Shown here in pieces: positions 37,701 through 47,971 of a stretch of 64,000 nucleotides of DNA. The stretch comes from Pachysolen tannophilus NRRL Y-2460 (taxonomy: Eukaryota): contig KV454011.1 of NCBI GenBank assembly GCA_001661245.1, positions 62,001 through 126,000 on the forward strand, read 5' to 3'. A program made the position numbers and the translations under genes. Each line of letters starts with the position of its first letter. The first letter of the stretch is position 1. The notes below the pieces were generated by a model that ran no database searches, had not been told where the DNA came from, and saw only the letters and a list, made by a program, of their open reading frames with translations.

Positions 37701-38659
37701 TTGAAGCCAATATTCTTTACCAAGGCCACCAGATTTTAAAGGATTTTCTCGACGTATAAAATTGAATAAGAAATTTTTCGAAAATGATGATGCAATTTCA
37801 CTATATATCGATTCATCGTCATTATTAGTGGCAGTTTTAGTACTGTTGTTCCCAGTAGTTATATCTGTAGCAATAGAACTATTACTGAAACTATGCAGGT
37901 GATGATGCTGTCTCTTGTTGGTGTTGCTATTATTCTTGTTACTAGCTCCATGATCATAAACAGAAGGAGATGACGGCAGCACGGAATTGGGCACTCTTTT
38001 TGCTGAATATGACGATAACGGCGGTTGTGAAATACTTTTAATCCCCATAGCATTTGTAGTACTTATATTTGAAATTGAACTTGATTTATCTATATCTGGA
38101 ATAGAATACCCCATCCCAACTGTTTTCCTTGTCAAGGGGAACCCTGAAGAAGATGGTATACCATTTTTATTAATAAGGTCGCTTTTAGAATCCAAAATTG
38201 ATGATGCCGTTGTATTTGTCGAAACTGGTTCCAAAGGCTGCTTAAGATGTGATATCTTCAACGTCTCATTTATAACCTTGTTGCTATTATTATTGCCAGC
38301 GCCTATACCTACACCACTATTACCTTCATCTACATTAATACTATCTGTGCTACTCTTCGGACCCGCGCCAGTAATTGTGTCTTTATCTTTAACTGCTGAC
38401 AATGATGGCGCTAATGGTAATTTAGTGGCAAACGAATTGAAAGTACTCGGCGCGCTCGGCGCGCTAACATCACTAGCACTGCTATTATTTCCAGCACCTT
38501 GACCAATACCACCACTGTCAATAGCTGCTAAATTCCTTCCTCTATCCGTTGTATCCTCCTTGTTTAAATCTGGCTCATTGGGAAAAGATAACAATTCTGT
38601 ATTTTGATTAATAACTAAATCATTATTATTATCATTATTGTCATTACCATTACCATTAC

Positions 38660-38692
<33 letters not shown>

Positions 38693-38774
38693 CACTCAGT
38701 TTAGATGTTACTTCTATCACCTTACTTGTTCCATCATTACTATTCCCATTCTTATCACTTTTTAATGATTCCAT
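31776..38774 (-). CDS. FAB1: Phosphatidylinositol-3-phosphate 5-kinase Fab1
   Basis: FYVE domain (FRRKHHCRICGQIFC), CCT-like domain, PIPK domain (GGKSGSAFLKTLDDRF, DLKGS, MDYSL). Confidence 0.98.
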
Positions 38775-39264
38775 TACCTCAGGTATATATATCTAGCTAA
38801 ACATTATTATTATTATTGTTGTTGTTGTTGTTAAGGCTCGTTATTATTTACCTTTAAATTTAAAGCGCCCTATAAGAGATGATATCGCCCCAAAAACATT
38901 AAAACTTTAAATTGGGGCTGTTCCCCGCAAAGCTTTACTTATAAAACTATGATCACGGAACTACGATTATGTTCGACAAATTTTTATATTTTTTTCGCAA
39001 AATTAAAGTCCTAAGATCTAGCACTAACTCATGAATCTTTTTTTTTTTTGGTTTTGCTCTTCAAAACAAAGCATTGAAATAGTGAATTTTTTTTTTTAGA
39101 ATAGTACTCATCGCAACGGCCTGTCAAGTCATGTGCCAGGTATCTAATAAAAAAGGTCGTGCGTCTTAGAATTAAGTGATGCCCGTTATATATTGCAGGC
39201 TCCAAAAAAAAAAAAAAATCGCAGCTCAGCTCGTTTCCTCATATTTTTTATACGAAATCTATAA

Positions 39265-39552
39265 ATGTCCAATATTATAGATATTTTTGTTCCACCGAAA
39301 CCGAGGGACTTATCTGAGGATGAGACTGCTGACTGTGTTCCTTGCCAGATGATGGCATTTTTATTTGGTGTTGGTGGAGGTTTGTATTTTAGTTCTGGAA
39401 GAGTTTTCAAAGGCGAGAAAATTGGTGATAATCCGATGTGGTGGAAATACACGGTGAGAACGGGCGGTTTGCTGATGATTGCTTATGGAGCTTATCGTGG
39501 AGGCCAAGGGTGGCTCTGGGACAAAGATCGTGTATATAAGAGGCTTCAATAG
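39265..39552 (+). CDS. DMO2: Small mitochondrial membrane protein, YDL157C/Dmo2 (DMAC1-like) family
   Basis: MSNIIDIFVPPKPRDL...DCVPCQMM, NPMWWK and RGGQGWLW match recalled YDL157C; close to the CMR1 (YDL156W) orthologue. Confidence 0.8.
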   Translation: MSNIIDIFVPPKPRDLSEDETADCVPCQMMAFLFGVGGGLYFSSGRVFKGEKIGDNPMWWKYTVRTGGLLMIAYGAYRGGQGWLWDKDRVYKRLQ

Positions 39553-40009
39553 GTAGCTATGTACAAAATTACCAATACTTATTTATTTTATTACTTACTT
39601 TTACACCTTGTTATAGTATAGAATTTAACCGCCAGCCTCAGAAATTGACTTTGACTGGTTTTTTTTTTTTTTTAAGGGCTGTTATTGGCAAAACGCCGGC
39701 GGCGCCATTTTTTAAAATATACTAGGGCTGTTGGTGATTTCTTCTTTATTGAAAAATTTTTCAAAGTGTATATAATCAAGAGAAGCTTTTTAACATTACC
39801 TTTCATTGTTTGAAGAATTATTGTTCACTGAAATATATTCGTTTAAAGAGGTTATCTTTTTTTCTTATTAGAAATCAGGATAAGATAACAACTATATAGT
39901 TGAAAGTTTTGTTTGCTTTATTCTTATTTCAAAGAGAAAGCTAAAGACAAAAAACACAATAAAAAAGATAGAAAAAAAAAAAAAGAAATTCAATTGATAT
40001 ATTATCGAA

Positions 40010-41680
40010 ATGTGTGGTATCTTGGGAATAGTGTCTTCAGATCCAAAGAAGAATGTTGCTCAGGAGTTGTTAGATGGAGCTATGTTCTTGCAGCATAGAG
40101 GTCAGGATGCTGCGGGTATTGTTACTTGTGGTGCAAGAGGTAGATTTTATCAATGTAAAGGTAACGGTATGGCTAGAGATGTTTTCAACCAACAAAGGAT
40201 GTTGGGTTTGGTTGGAAACATGGGAATTGCCCATTTGCGTTATCCAACAGCAGGTTCAAGTGCCATGTCGGAAGCTCAACCTTTTTATGTTAATTCTCCA
40301 TATGGTATATCTTTTTCTCATAATGGAAATTTGGTGAATGCTGCAGAATTAAGAAGATATCTTGATGAAAAAGTTCATAGACATATTAATACTGATTCTG
40401 ATTCAGAACTATTGCTTAATATCTTTGCAGCAGAGTTGGAAAAATATGATAAGGCAAGAGTTAATAATGCAGATATTTTCAGAGCCTTGGAAGGTGTGTA
40501 CCGTGAATGTAGAGGTGCTTACGCTTGTGTTGTCATGCTTGCAGGATATGGTATAATTGGATTTAGAGATCCTCATGGTATTAGACCCTTATTAATAGGT
40601 GAAAGAACTCATGAAAATGGTAAAAAAGATTATATGCTTGCATCAGAATCTGTTGTCCTTAAAGCTCATAACTTTGTTATTTTTAGAGATATTTTACCAG
40701 GTGAAGCTGTAATAATACCAAAAGATACAATGATTCCAGAATTTAAGCAAGTCGTTCCTGGGAGTTCTTATACACCTGATATCTTTGAATATGTTTATTT
40801 TGCAAGACCTGATTCCATATTAGATGATATCTCTGTATATAGATCAAGAATTAAGATGGGTGAAAAACTTGCCAAGAATATCGAAAGACAATTTTTAGAT
40901 GATAACAGGAAAAAAGTTTCTGATGAAATTGATGTTGTTATTCCAGTTCCAGATACCTCAAGGCATTCTGCATTGGAATGTGCAAATCAATTGAATTTAC
41001 CATATAGAGAAGGTTTCGTCAAGAATAGATATGTTGGTAGAACTTTTATAATGCCTGATCAAAAGGAAAGAACATCTTCTGTTAGAAGAAAATTAAACGC
41101 AATGCAAAGTGAATTTTATAACAAATCTGTCTTATTGGTGGATGACTCAATAGTTAGAGGTACTACTTCAAAGGAAATTGTTGCAATGGCAAGAGAAGCT
41201 GGTGCTAAGAAAGTTTATTTTGCATCATGTTCTCCTGTTATAAGATTCAACCATATTTACGGTATCGACTTGGCTGATACAAAAGCCTTAGTTGGTTTCA
41301 ATAGAAGTGTGGAAGAAATTTCCAAGATAATCGATGCAGACAAAGTTTTCTATCAGGATTTACAAGATTTGGTGGATTGCTGTCAGTCCAATGATGACTG
41401 TCCAGATTTAATACCTTCACAAAATAAGCCTCCAAAAGATTCACGTTTGTACCACCCTGGAGAATTACCAAAAATTAATAGCTTTGAAGTTGGTGTTTTC
41501 ACAGGTAAATATATAACAGGACATGAGGATAATTATTTGCAAGAGTTGGAAAAAATACGGGCTTCAAATCAAAGAATAAGGGAAACAGGTAGTATATTTA
41601 GTGATGGTGATTTCGTTGATGTCAAGGCTGAAAGTGATATTTCAATCTTTAATAGTGGTGACTATAATAATAACTACTAG
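40010..41680 (+). CDS. ADE4: Amidophosphoribosyltransferase
   Basis: MCGILG Ntn N-terminus, LQHRGQD, HLRYPTAGS, VDDSIVRGTTS. Confidence 0.98.
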   Translation: MCGILGIVSSDPKKNVAQELLDGAMFLQHRGQDAAGIVTCGARGRFYQCKGNGMARDVFNQQRMLGLVGNMGIAHLRYPTAGSSAMSEAQPFYVNSPYGISFSHNGNLVNAAELRRYLDEKVHRHINTDSDSELLLNIFAAELEKYDKARVNNADIFRALEGVYRECRGAYACVVMLAGYGIIGFRDPHGIRPLLIGERTHENGKKDYMLASESVVLKAHNFVIFRDILPGEAVIIPKDTMIPEFKQVVPGSSYTPDIFEYVYFARPDSILDDISVYRSRIKMGEKLAKNIERQFLDDNRKKVSDEIDVVIPVPDTSRHSALECANQLNLPYREGFVKNRYVGRTFIMPDQKERTSSVRRKLNAMQSEFYNKSVLLVDDSIVRGTTSKEIVAMAREAGAKKVYFASCSPVIRFNHIYGIDLADTKALVGFNRSVEEISKIIDADKVFYQDLQDLVDCCQSNDDCPDLIPSQNKPPKDSRLYHPGELPKINSFEVGVFTGKYITGHEDNYLQELEKIRASNQRIRETGSIFSDGDFVDVKAESDISIFNSGDYNNNY

Positions 41681-41823
41681 AAAAAAACATAAAAAAAAAA
41701 AAAAAAAATTTTGTTAAGATCTGATTTTCTGTTATTTTTATTACGAATCTATAAATACATTTTTATATACAGAGATACAGGTATTTAGATTAATTATTTT
41801 TTTCTTCTTTTTTACTTTTTTTT

Positions 41824-43497
41824 TTAACAAAACAAATAACCTTTACCACTTGCACTTCCACCAACTATCCAGTTCTCTGTAGGGTGAAATGATACCACTG
41901 CAGGAACTGCTCCCAATAAATCTCTATCTCCTAAATGAGCTACTTGTATTCCGCTTGCTGTGTATATATCAATATATCTTGTCATGTTGGCAATTGCAAA
42001 TTTTTCAATTCCATCTTTGGGTTTCAACTGCCATTTTGATTTCAATATACTTACCCATCTACCAGTCTGACAGTTATGCCTAATCTTATGATTCGGTACC
42101 AAGTTCTCCGGTACTTGTAAATCCAGATGATTTGTCTCTTCTTCTTTTTTACTACCGCTACTTCTTTTTCTCAGTTCCAGTCCATACACGAAATCTGATT
42201 CTAAATTTGAGGTATCACCAAGGTTGAAAATATTTACTGTATCATCATAACCATTACAGACTATATCTCCTGATCTATTCCAATCTGCACAACTTATCGA
42301 CAATCTTGATAAGTAGGATCCATAGCAATGAGGTGACTTGATAGATTCGCCATTTTCACGGTATGCGGACCAATTATTCTCTGTTATTTTTCTAAGATCC
42401 CACAATCTCAATGATCTATCTAAAGATGCAGTTGCAATCTGCTGGTTGAAACTAGGATTTATTGCAAAAGATCCAATCTTTTTATCGTGCAATCTTAGTA
42501 ACCGCGTTCCAACAACAGAAGTTGTATCAGGAACTCTTAAATCTTTAATACCCAACTCTCCTCCAAGAGTCGTAAAGTATAACAAATTCTCATCTGCAAA
42601 ATTTGCATCAGATATCCCTACAGGTTGTCCATACTCATCATCCAAATGAAATATATCTTCAGATTTCAGACTTTCCAAGTCGACTGATCTAACAGAACCA
42701 TCATAACTTGAAGTATATATTTTGGATGGTGACTTTTGAAGATTTATCAAACATTTGGAAATTGTTTTACCATGTATCTTAAAACTTGATATATTTGGTA
42801 CCAGTTTGTCCTGATCATCAATTTTCTGTTTTTCATCATCAATGGACCAAATACCCATATGACCCGACGTATCACCACCAATTACTAAACGTTTAGTTAT
42901 TGAAGGATGGAAATTTATCGAAGTCATTCTGTTTGGAGTTATCTTCACATCTAGAGGATCATATTTCTCAAAAATTTTCAATCCATTAAACTGCTTGCGT
43001 AAATTATCTAAATTCTTATCGTTTAATTTAGTCTTCAGAGAAACCAGTTCGTAGAAATCTCCCATTGAAATTGATTTCCCAATTTGAGCAAACTTGTCTA
43101 GCATTATTTGATCATTATTCCCATCATCCTTTGTGTTATAAGACAAGACATCAATCAACTTGATATCACCGCTCAATCTAACTTTTTGTAAATTTTCCAA
43201 TTCTTCCTTTTTAGCTCTAGCATCTTCCAATTGCTTCATAAACAGTTGACTTTCTTCAGTGTCTTCAGTCTTAACACCAGCTAATCTTCTTGATTTCCGA
43301 AGAGGTTGTTGTGGTTCATTTTGTTTTGTTTTCTTCTTCGGCCTCTTGGCTCTTTTCGTGGCTTGCTTTTCATTTTCTTCCTTTTTAATGTCAGCATAAA
43401 TATCATTTGAAATAGAATTCAAATTTAATTTTTGCAAAAGCTCTTTATTACGGGCAATATTCGCTTGTCTCTGCTTTTCAAACTCTGAAAGTCCCAT
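41824..43497 (-). CDS. CMR1: WD40 DNA-damage-binding protein Cmr1 (WDR76)
   Basis: LSEFEKQRQANIARN, IATASLDRSLRLWDLRK, HNCQTGRWVSILK, GGSASGK. Confidence 0.94.
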   Translation of the reverse strand: MGLSEFEKQRQANIARNKELLQKLNLNSISNDIYADIKKEENEKQATKRAKRPKKKTKQNEPQQPLRKSRRLAGVKTEDTEESQLFMKQLEDARAKKEELENLQKVRLSGDIKLIDVLSYNTKDDGNNDQIMLDKFAQIGKSISMGDFYELVSLKTKLNDKNLDNLRKQFNGLKIFEKYDPLDVKITPNRMTSINFHPSITKRLVIGGDTSGHMGIWSIDDEKQKIDDQDKLVPNISSFKIHGKTISKCLINLQKSPSKIYTSSYDGSVRSVDLESLKSEDIFHLDDEYGQPVGISDANFADENLLYFTTLGGELGIKDLRVPDTTSVVGTRLLRLHDKKIGSFAINPSFNQQIATASLDRSLRLWDLRKITENNWSAYRENGESIKSPHCYGSYLSRLSISCADWNRSGDIVCNGYDDTVNIFNLGDTSNLESDFVYGLELRKRSSGSKKEEETNHLDLQVPENLVPNHKIRHNCQTGRWVSILKSKWQLKPKDGIEKFAIANMTRYIDIYTASGIQVAHLGDRDLLGAVPAVVSFHPTENWIVGGSASGKGYLFC

Positions 43498-43758
43498 GTC
43501 TCTTACGTTAAAAAAAAAACTAGATCATAGTTTATAATATCGTTATTTCATAGGTAAGTACGCGCTTTTATTTTCAGAGTTTTCCATTTTTCACCTAATT
43601 TTTTTTTTTGCTTTTCTTTTTTAGTACAAATCTACAAGTTTATAATCATCATTTCAAGAGAAGATTAACAATTTTTTGAATAAAATATATATAGAGGAAA
43701 TAAAACACACAAAAACCTGTAATTTAGTATTTTTTCCGTTCTTTTTTTTTTTAAAAAT

Positions 43759-45957
43759 TTAAAATAAACTCAACAAATCTTCATTGGTCTTCTTTGTAGT
43801 ATCATTTCCACCAGCATTGTTAAAATTAATAGTGTTATTGTTATTGATATTGTTATTATTATTATTATTGTTGTTGTTGGTAGCAACTGTTGGGCCACTT
43901 GACAATCCTGCAAATAAATCGTTCAATTCATCCAAAACATCAACATTGGATGAAACCCCATTATTGTTATTGTTACCGGTGTGGTTGGTGTTGGATGATG
44001 AATTTGCATCGTCAAAGCCTTCATACTCATCGTCGTCATCAAAATCTAATAAATTTTCAGCTTTGACAGCATTATTAACAATTTCGTTTTTGGCCATTCT
44101 TTGCAAATCTTCAATCTTGGAATTTTCCTTTGTATCAAGAATATAATTTTTACTTTTCAGTTTCAGATCTGCTTCAATGAACATCTCACTTGGTTCATGG
44201 TAAACAGAAGATAATGTTGATAATTCATCAATTAATTCGTTTAATAAAGTCGTTGGAATTTTCTCGATAGTGGAATTCAAAATTGGTAATTTCTTCAAGA
44301 TAATAGATTTCGATAATTCAGAATCATTTGCAGATAACATACGCCAATATATATATGACTTGTCACGAACATCTGCGTCTTCCACTTGTTGTGTGGATAA
44401 GTTCAAAATCGTTTGAAGATACTGCTGCGAATCTTTTGAAGGTTTGACTAAATTAATCTTAACGATGCACGATAAAATTGCTAGTTGTATTGCAGGATCT
44501 ATGTCATAGTAATTGCTTATAATTTGTTGTAATTTTAAATCCAAGTGAGGAATACTTTTGCAATATTGACCAACTATCCAAACATAAGAGGATATCGATT
44601 CTGGTTCATCCAAGTCATCAATTGAAAGATCGGCTATTATTGGTATTATAGTGGTTACAAACAGTTCTGGGTAACGTCTCAAGATATTTTGTAAAACAAT
44701 AATTCCTTCATTAATAACGTAACTTGTTCTTGTTGTCAACAAATCATATAAAATATCGACTGCTAATTTAGAAGATTTTTGTAATTTAATGGCAACTTGT
44801 CCAATGGCTCTGACAGATCTTTTCACAAAATCTGTATCTATTTCCATTGAATATTCCTTTAATTCTGAAAGTAATAAAGCTGCATTTGCATCATTGGACA
44901 ATCTAACCAAAATTTCAATTTTTTCTAATTTCAAATACAGTGGATCATTATATTTGACAAAGAAAACTCTTAATTCTCTTGATAATAAGTTTGGATATTT
45001 TTCCAATATAATTCTTATATTTCTTAAAGCAACGTATTGAATTTCTGGAGGTGTAGAAAGCAATGATATTAAAGGAGCTGATAATTTTTTCAAAATCAGT
45101 TCAGTTTGCAGTTTTGATTGTAAATTTTCAAAATGTTTTAATATAGTTTTTATAGACAGTAATACAACAGCTGGATTTTCATGTTGTAACTGAGGTGTTA
45201 CTCTATCGATAATATGAGAAGCATCTTCACTTGATGTTGAAGTAAATTCTGAAAGTGCAGTTAATATAGTAATTCTACCCCATTCTGTACATTCGTTTAA
45301 AGTCATTAATAATTTTTTCAAAATTTTATCATCAATTTTTAAAAATTTCCCTCCTAAAAAATCATTAGTATTACTTGATTGAATCTCCAATAATGCACTT
45401 ATAGCATTAGCAACAACCATTGGATTTGAATCATCAACTAATTTCAACAAGATGTCTAAAAATCCATTTTCAAGGCATATCTCCTTATTTAAATCAAACA
45501 ATTTAGCAACACATATTGCCGCTGTTTTCCTAACATAAGGATTATCATCAGTTAAAGTCCTATTCAATGGAATTTCCATATAATCAACAATCTTATCAAC
45601 TCTAATACATCCCATGGTTCGGATTGCTAACGCCCTAACCAATGGATTTGGATCCTCAGTATCTTGAACAAAAGTATTAACCGCCAATATACACAATTCT
45701 GGATTCGTCTTTGCATAATTCATCAAATATAAATAAACCAATTTCTTCTGCTCTAAATCATGAGTCGATATATTCTTCAACACATCAGGAAACAATGAAG
45801 AAACATCCTTTCCTACAGTCATTGCTGCAATAACCCTCTTAATAGAATCTTTCCTTTCATCAGCATATTGACTAACAAGCCCACTTCTTAACTCAAAAGT
45901 CTCACCTTTACGCGGAGCACCAAATATTTTCTTTAATCTCTTTTCCAATGATGTCAT
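43759..45957 (-). CDS. APL2: AP-1 complex beta adaptin
   Basis: KGETFELRSGLVSQY, MTVGKDVSSLFPDVLKNI, DPNPLVRALAIRTMGCIRVDKI. ATG at 45957. Confidence 0.93.
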   Translation of the reverse strand: MTSLEKRLKKIFGAPRKGETFELRSGLVSQYADERKDSIKRVIAAMTVGKDVSSLFPDVLKNISTHDLEQKKLVYLYLMNYAKTNPELCILAVNTFVQDTEDPNPLVRALAIRTMGCIRVDKIVDYMEIPLNRTLTDDNPYVRKTAAICVAKLFDLNKEICLENGFLDILLKLVDDSNPMVVANAISALLEIQSSNTNDFLGGKFLKIDDKILKKLLMTLNECTEWGRITILTALSEFTSTSSEDASHIIDRVTPQLQHENPAVVLLSIKTILKHFENLQSKLQTELILKKLSAPLISLLSTPPEIQYVALRNIRIILEKYPNLLSRELRVFFVKYNDPLYLKLEKIEILVRLSNDANAALLLSELKEYSMEIDTDFVKRSVRAIGQVAIKLQKSSKLAVDILYDLLTTRTSYVINEGIIVLQNILRRYPELFVTTIIPIIADLSIDDLDEPESISSYVWIVGQYCKSIPHLDLKLQQIISNYYDIDPAIQLAILSCIVKINLVKPSKDSQQYLQTILNLSTQQVEDADVRDKSYIYWRMLSANDSELSKSIILKKLPILNSTIEKIPTTLLNELIDELSTLSSVYHEPSEMFIEADLKLKSKNYILDTKENSKIEDLQRMAKNEIVNNAVKAENLLDFDDDDEYEGFDDANSSSNTNHTGNNNNNGVSSNVDVLDELNDLFAGLSSGPTVATNNNNNNNNNNINNNNTINFNNAGGNDTTKKTNEDLLSLF

Positions 45958-46213
45958 CCTTTCTAGCTGATACCAAGAATCAAAATAAACATAAAAAAAA
46001 AAAAAAACTAGCAATCTTGACCACCAACTTTCAATTAATTGATATATAAAAACTTATATCAATTATAAAACTATATTCTATTCTATTAAAACTTATACTG
46101 GATTGAGCTGTTAATTCCAAAAAAAAATTCCTGCGAAACAAGAAAAAACCAAAAGTAGTGCTGCAAATAACAAAAAATTAAAAAAAATAAATAACAAAAA
46201 ACCGGCGTTAATT

Positions 46214-46256
46214 GCCGCCTAAAATGCCGCCTGATGGGCCGCCTAGTTGTCCACCT
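46214..46256 (+). promoter_or_regulatory. Phased GCCGCCT array (12-bp period) in the APL2/FOL3 divergent promoter; URS1-core-like
   Basis: GCCGCCT at 46214, 46226 and 46238, plus degenerate TCCACCT at 46250. Confidence 0.55.
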
Positions 46257-46409
46257 GAATAGATGGGGGAAAGTCTTGGACGGAGCCATGTAAAGGTCTT
46301 TCTGAAGGTGAAAATCCCAAGTGAAGAGAAAACCGACAAAGTCATAAAACTTTTTATATTAATATAAATATATATTGGTGTAGATATTGGTGTATTGTTT
46401 TGAATCCTA

Positions 46410-47681
46410 ATGCCAATTGATTTGGGACTACAGAGGGTTACAAGGCTCTTGTCATTGTTAGGAAATCCACATTTCCGTTGGAAGTCGATTCATATTGCAG
46501 GTACTAATGGTAAAGGTTCTATATGTGCATATTTAAGTTCTATATTAACTCAATCTAAAATTAAGAATGGGAAATTCACTTCACCTCACTTGATTAGAAG
46601 ATCAGATTGTATTACTATAAATGATGAATATGTTTCAAATGCGCTTTTTGAAGAAGTTGAGTCTAAGATTAATAAATTGAATCTGATGAATGAGTTAAAA
46701 TGTACAGAATTTGAGATTTTAACCTGTTGTGCTTTTGAAATTTTTAAAATATTACAAATTGAAGTTGCTGTAATAGAAGTTGGTCTAGGAGGTAGATTAG
46801 ATGCAACAAATGTTTTACCTCCTTACCCAATTCGAGACGATTATAATGGAGGTGTAATTGCTACTGGAATTGCAAAAATTGGTTTAGATCATGAAAATAT
46901 ATTGGGTTCAACTTTAAGAGAAATAGCTACTGAAAAAGCAGGTATAATTAAAGAAAATATACCATGTATAGTGGATGGGACAAATGATAATGATTCATTA
47001 CAAGTCTTCAAAGAAATTTCTGATTTAAAACATTCAAAATTATATGTTATGAATGAAAACGATAATGATTTACCTTTTAATCTGAAAAGTTTACATTCAC
47101 CTTTAAGAGGTTCTTATCAATTATCTAATTTATTAGTTTCTTTGAAAATAATAGAATTGATTTCAAAAATTTTCAATATAACACAAGAATCTGTTAAAAA
47201 AGGAGTATTAGAAGTGAAATGGCCTGGAAGATTACAAGAATTAAAACTTCAATATTGTAAAACAAAACCTTCAGTACGAGTTTTACTTGATGGTGCACAT
47301 AATAAATCACTGACTATTGAATTATCCAAATATTTACTGTCAAATGTTAGAAATCAAAATGAATCCGATAAAGGATTGATTTTTATAATGGCAATAACAA
47401 AAGGTAAAAAAATTGACCTGTTATTAGCTCCTCTAATTAAACCTCAAGATACAGTGATATTAACAACTTTCGGTAAAGTTGATGGTATGCCATGGATCTC
47501 TTGTTGTGATCCAGAATCTTTAAAAAATGAATATTTGAAATATACTAAAAATGTGGAAATTCAAAAAAATCAAGTAGATGCAATCAAATTTGCAATTGAA
47601 AAACCTCAGAAAAATATTGTTATATGTGGAAGTTTATATTTGGTAGGTGATTACTTGAGAATGCATGAGAATAATATATGA
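46410..47681 (+). CDS. FOL3: Dihydrofolate synthetase (FolC family)
   Basis: MPIDLGLQRV, HIAGTNGKGS, EVGLGGRLDATN, WPGRLQ, DGAHN, CGSLYL. Confidence 0.9.
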   Translation: MPIDLGLQRVTRLLSLLGNPHFRWKSIHIAGTNGKGSICAYLSSILTQSKIKNGKFTSPHLIRRSDCITINDEYVSNALFEEVESKINKLNLMNELKCTEFEILTCCAFEIFKILQIEVAVIEVGLGGRLDATNVLPPYPIRDDYNGGVIATGIAKIGLDHENILGSTLREIATEKAGIIKENIPCIVDGTNDNDSLQVFKEISDLKHSKLYVMNENDNDLPFNLKSLHSPLRGSYQLSNLLVSLKIIELISKIFNITQESVKKGVLEVKWPGRLQELKLQYCKTKPSVRVLLDGAHNKSLTIELSKYLLSNVRNQNESDKGLIFIMAITKGKKIDLLLAPLIKPQDTVILTTFGKVDGMPWISCCDPESLKNEYLKYTKNVEIQKNQVDAIKFAIEKPQKNIVICGSLYLVGDYLRMHENNI

Positions 47682-47971
47682 TTGTATATTTGATAAAAAA
47701 CAATGTAGTTTTAAAGAAAAAAAAAGCGTCAAGATTTAAAGGTAAAAGTAAAAAAGAAAGCAGAAAAGCAAAAAGAAAACGTCAACAGTTTGAAAGTCAA
47801 TTTATAGTAATAATAAAATAAAAAAATAAAAAAAAAAAAAGGAAATAAGGATATAAAAGTTCGATTAAAAAAAGGTGATAACTGTAAAATAATAAATATA
47901 AAACTCCAATTTCAAAATGTTAAAAAGAAAAGAAAAAAAGAAACCCCCCACATAAATATGAAACTATATTT

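Noticed and set aside
33650..38502. Many antisense or alternate-frame ORFs inside FAB1 and other long genes
   Set aside because: Shadow ORFs of real coding strands with biased codon usage.
38630..38695. (AAT)n arrays in FAB1, ROD1, STE7, APL2, DHH1 and SMI1
   Set aside because: Ordinary poly-Asn microsatellites of AT-rich yeasts; no repeat-spacer structure, so not CRISPR-like or mobile.
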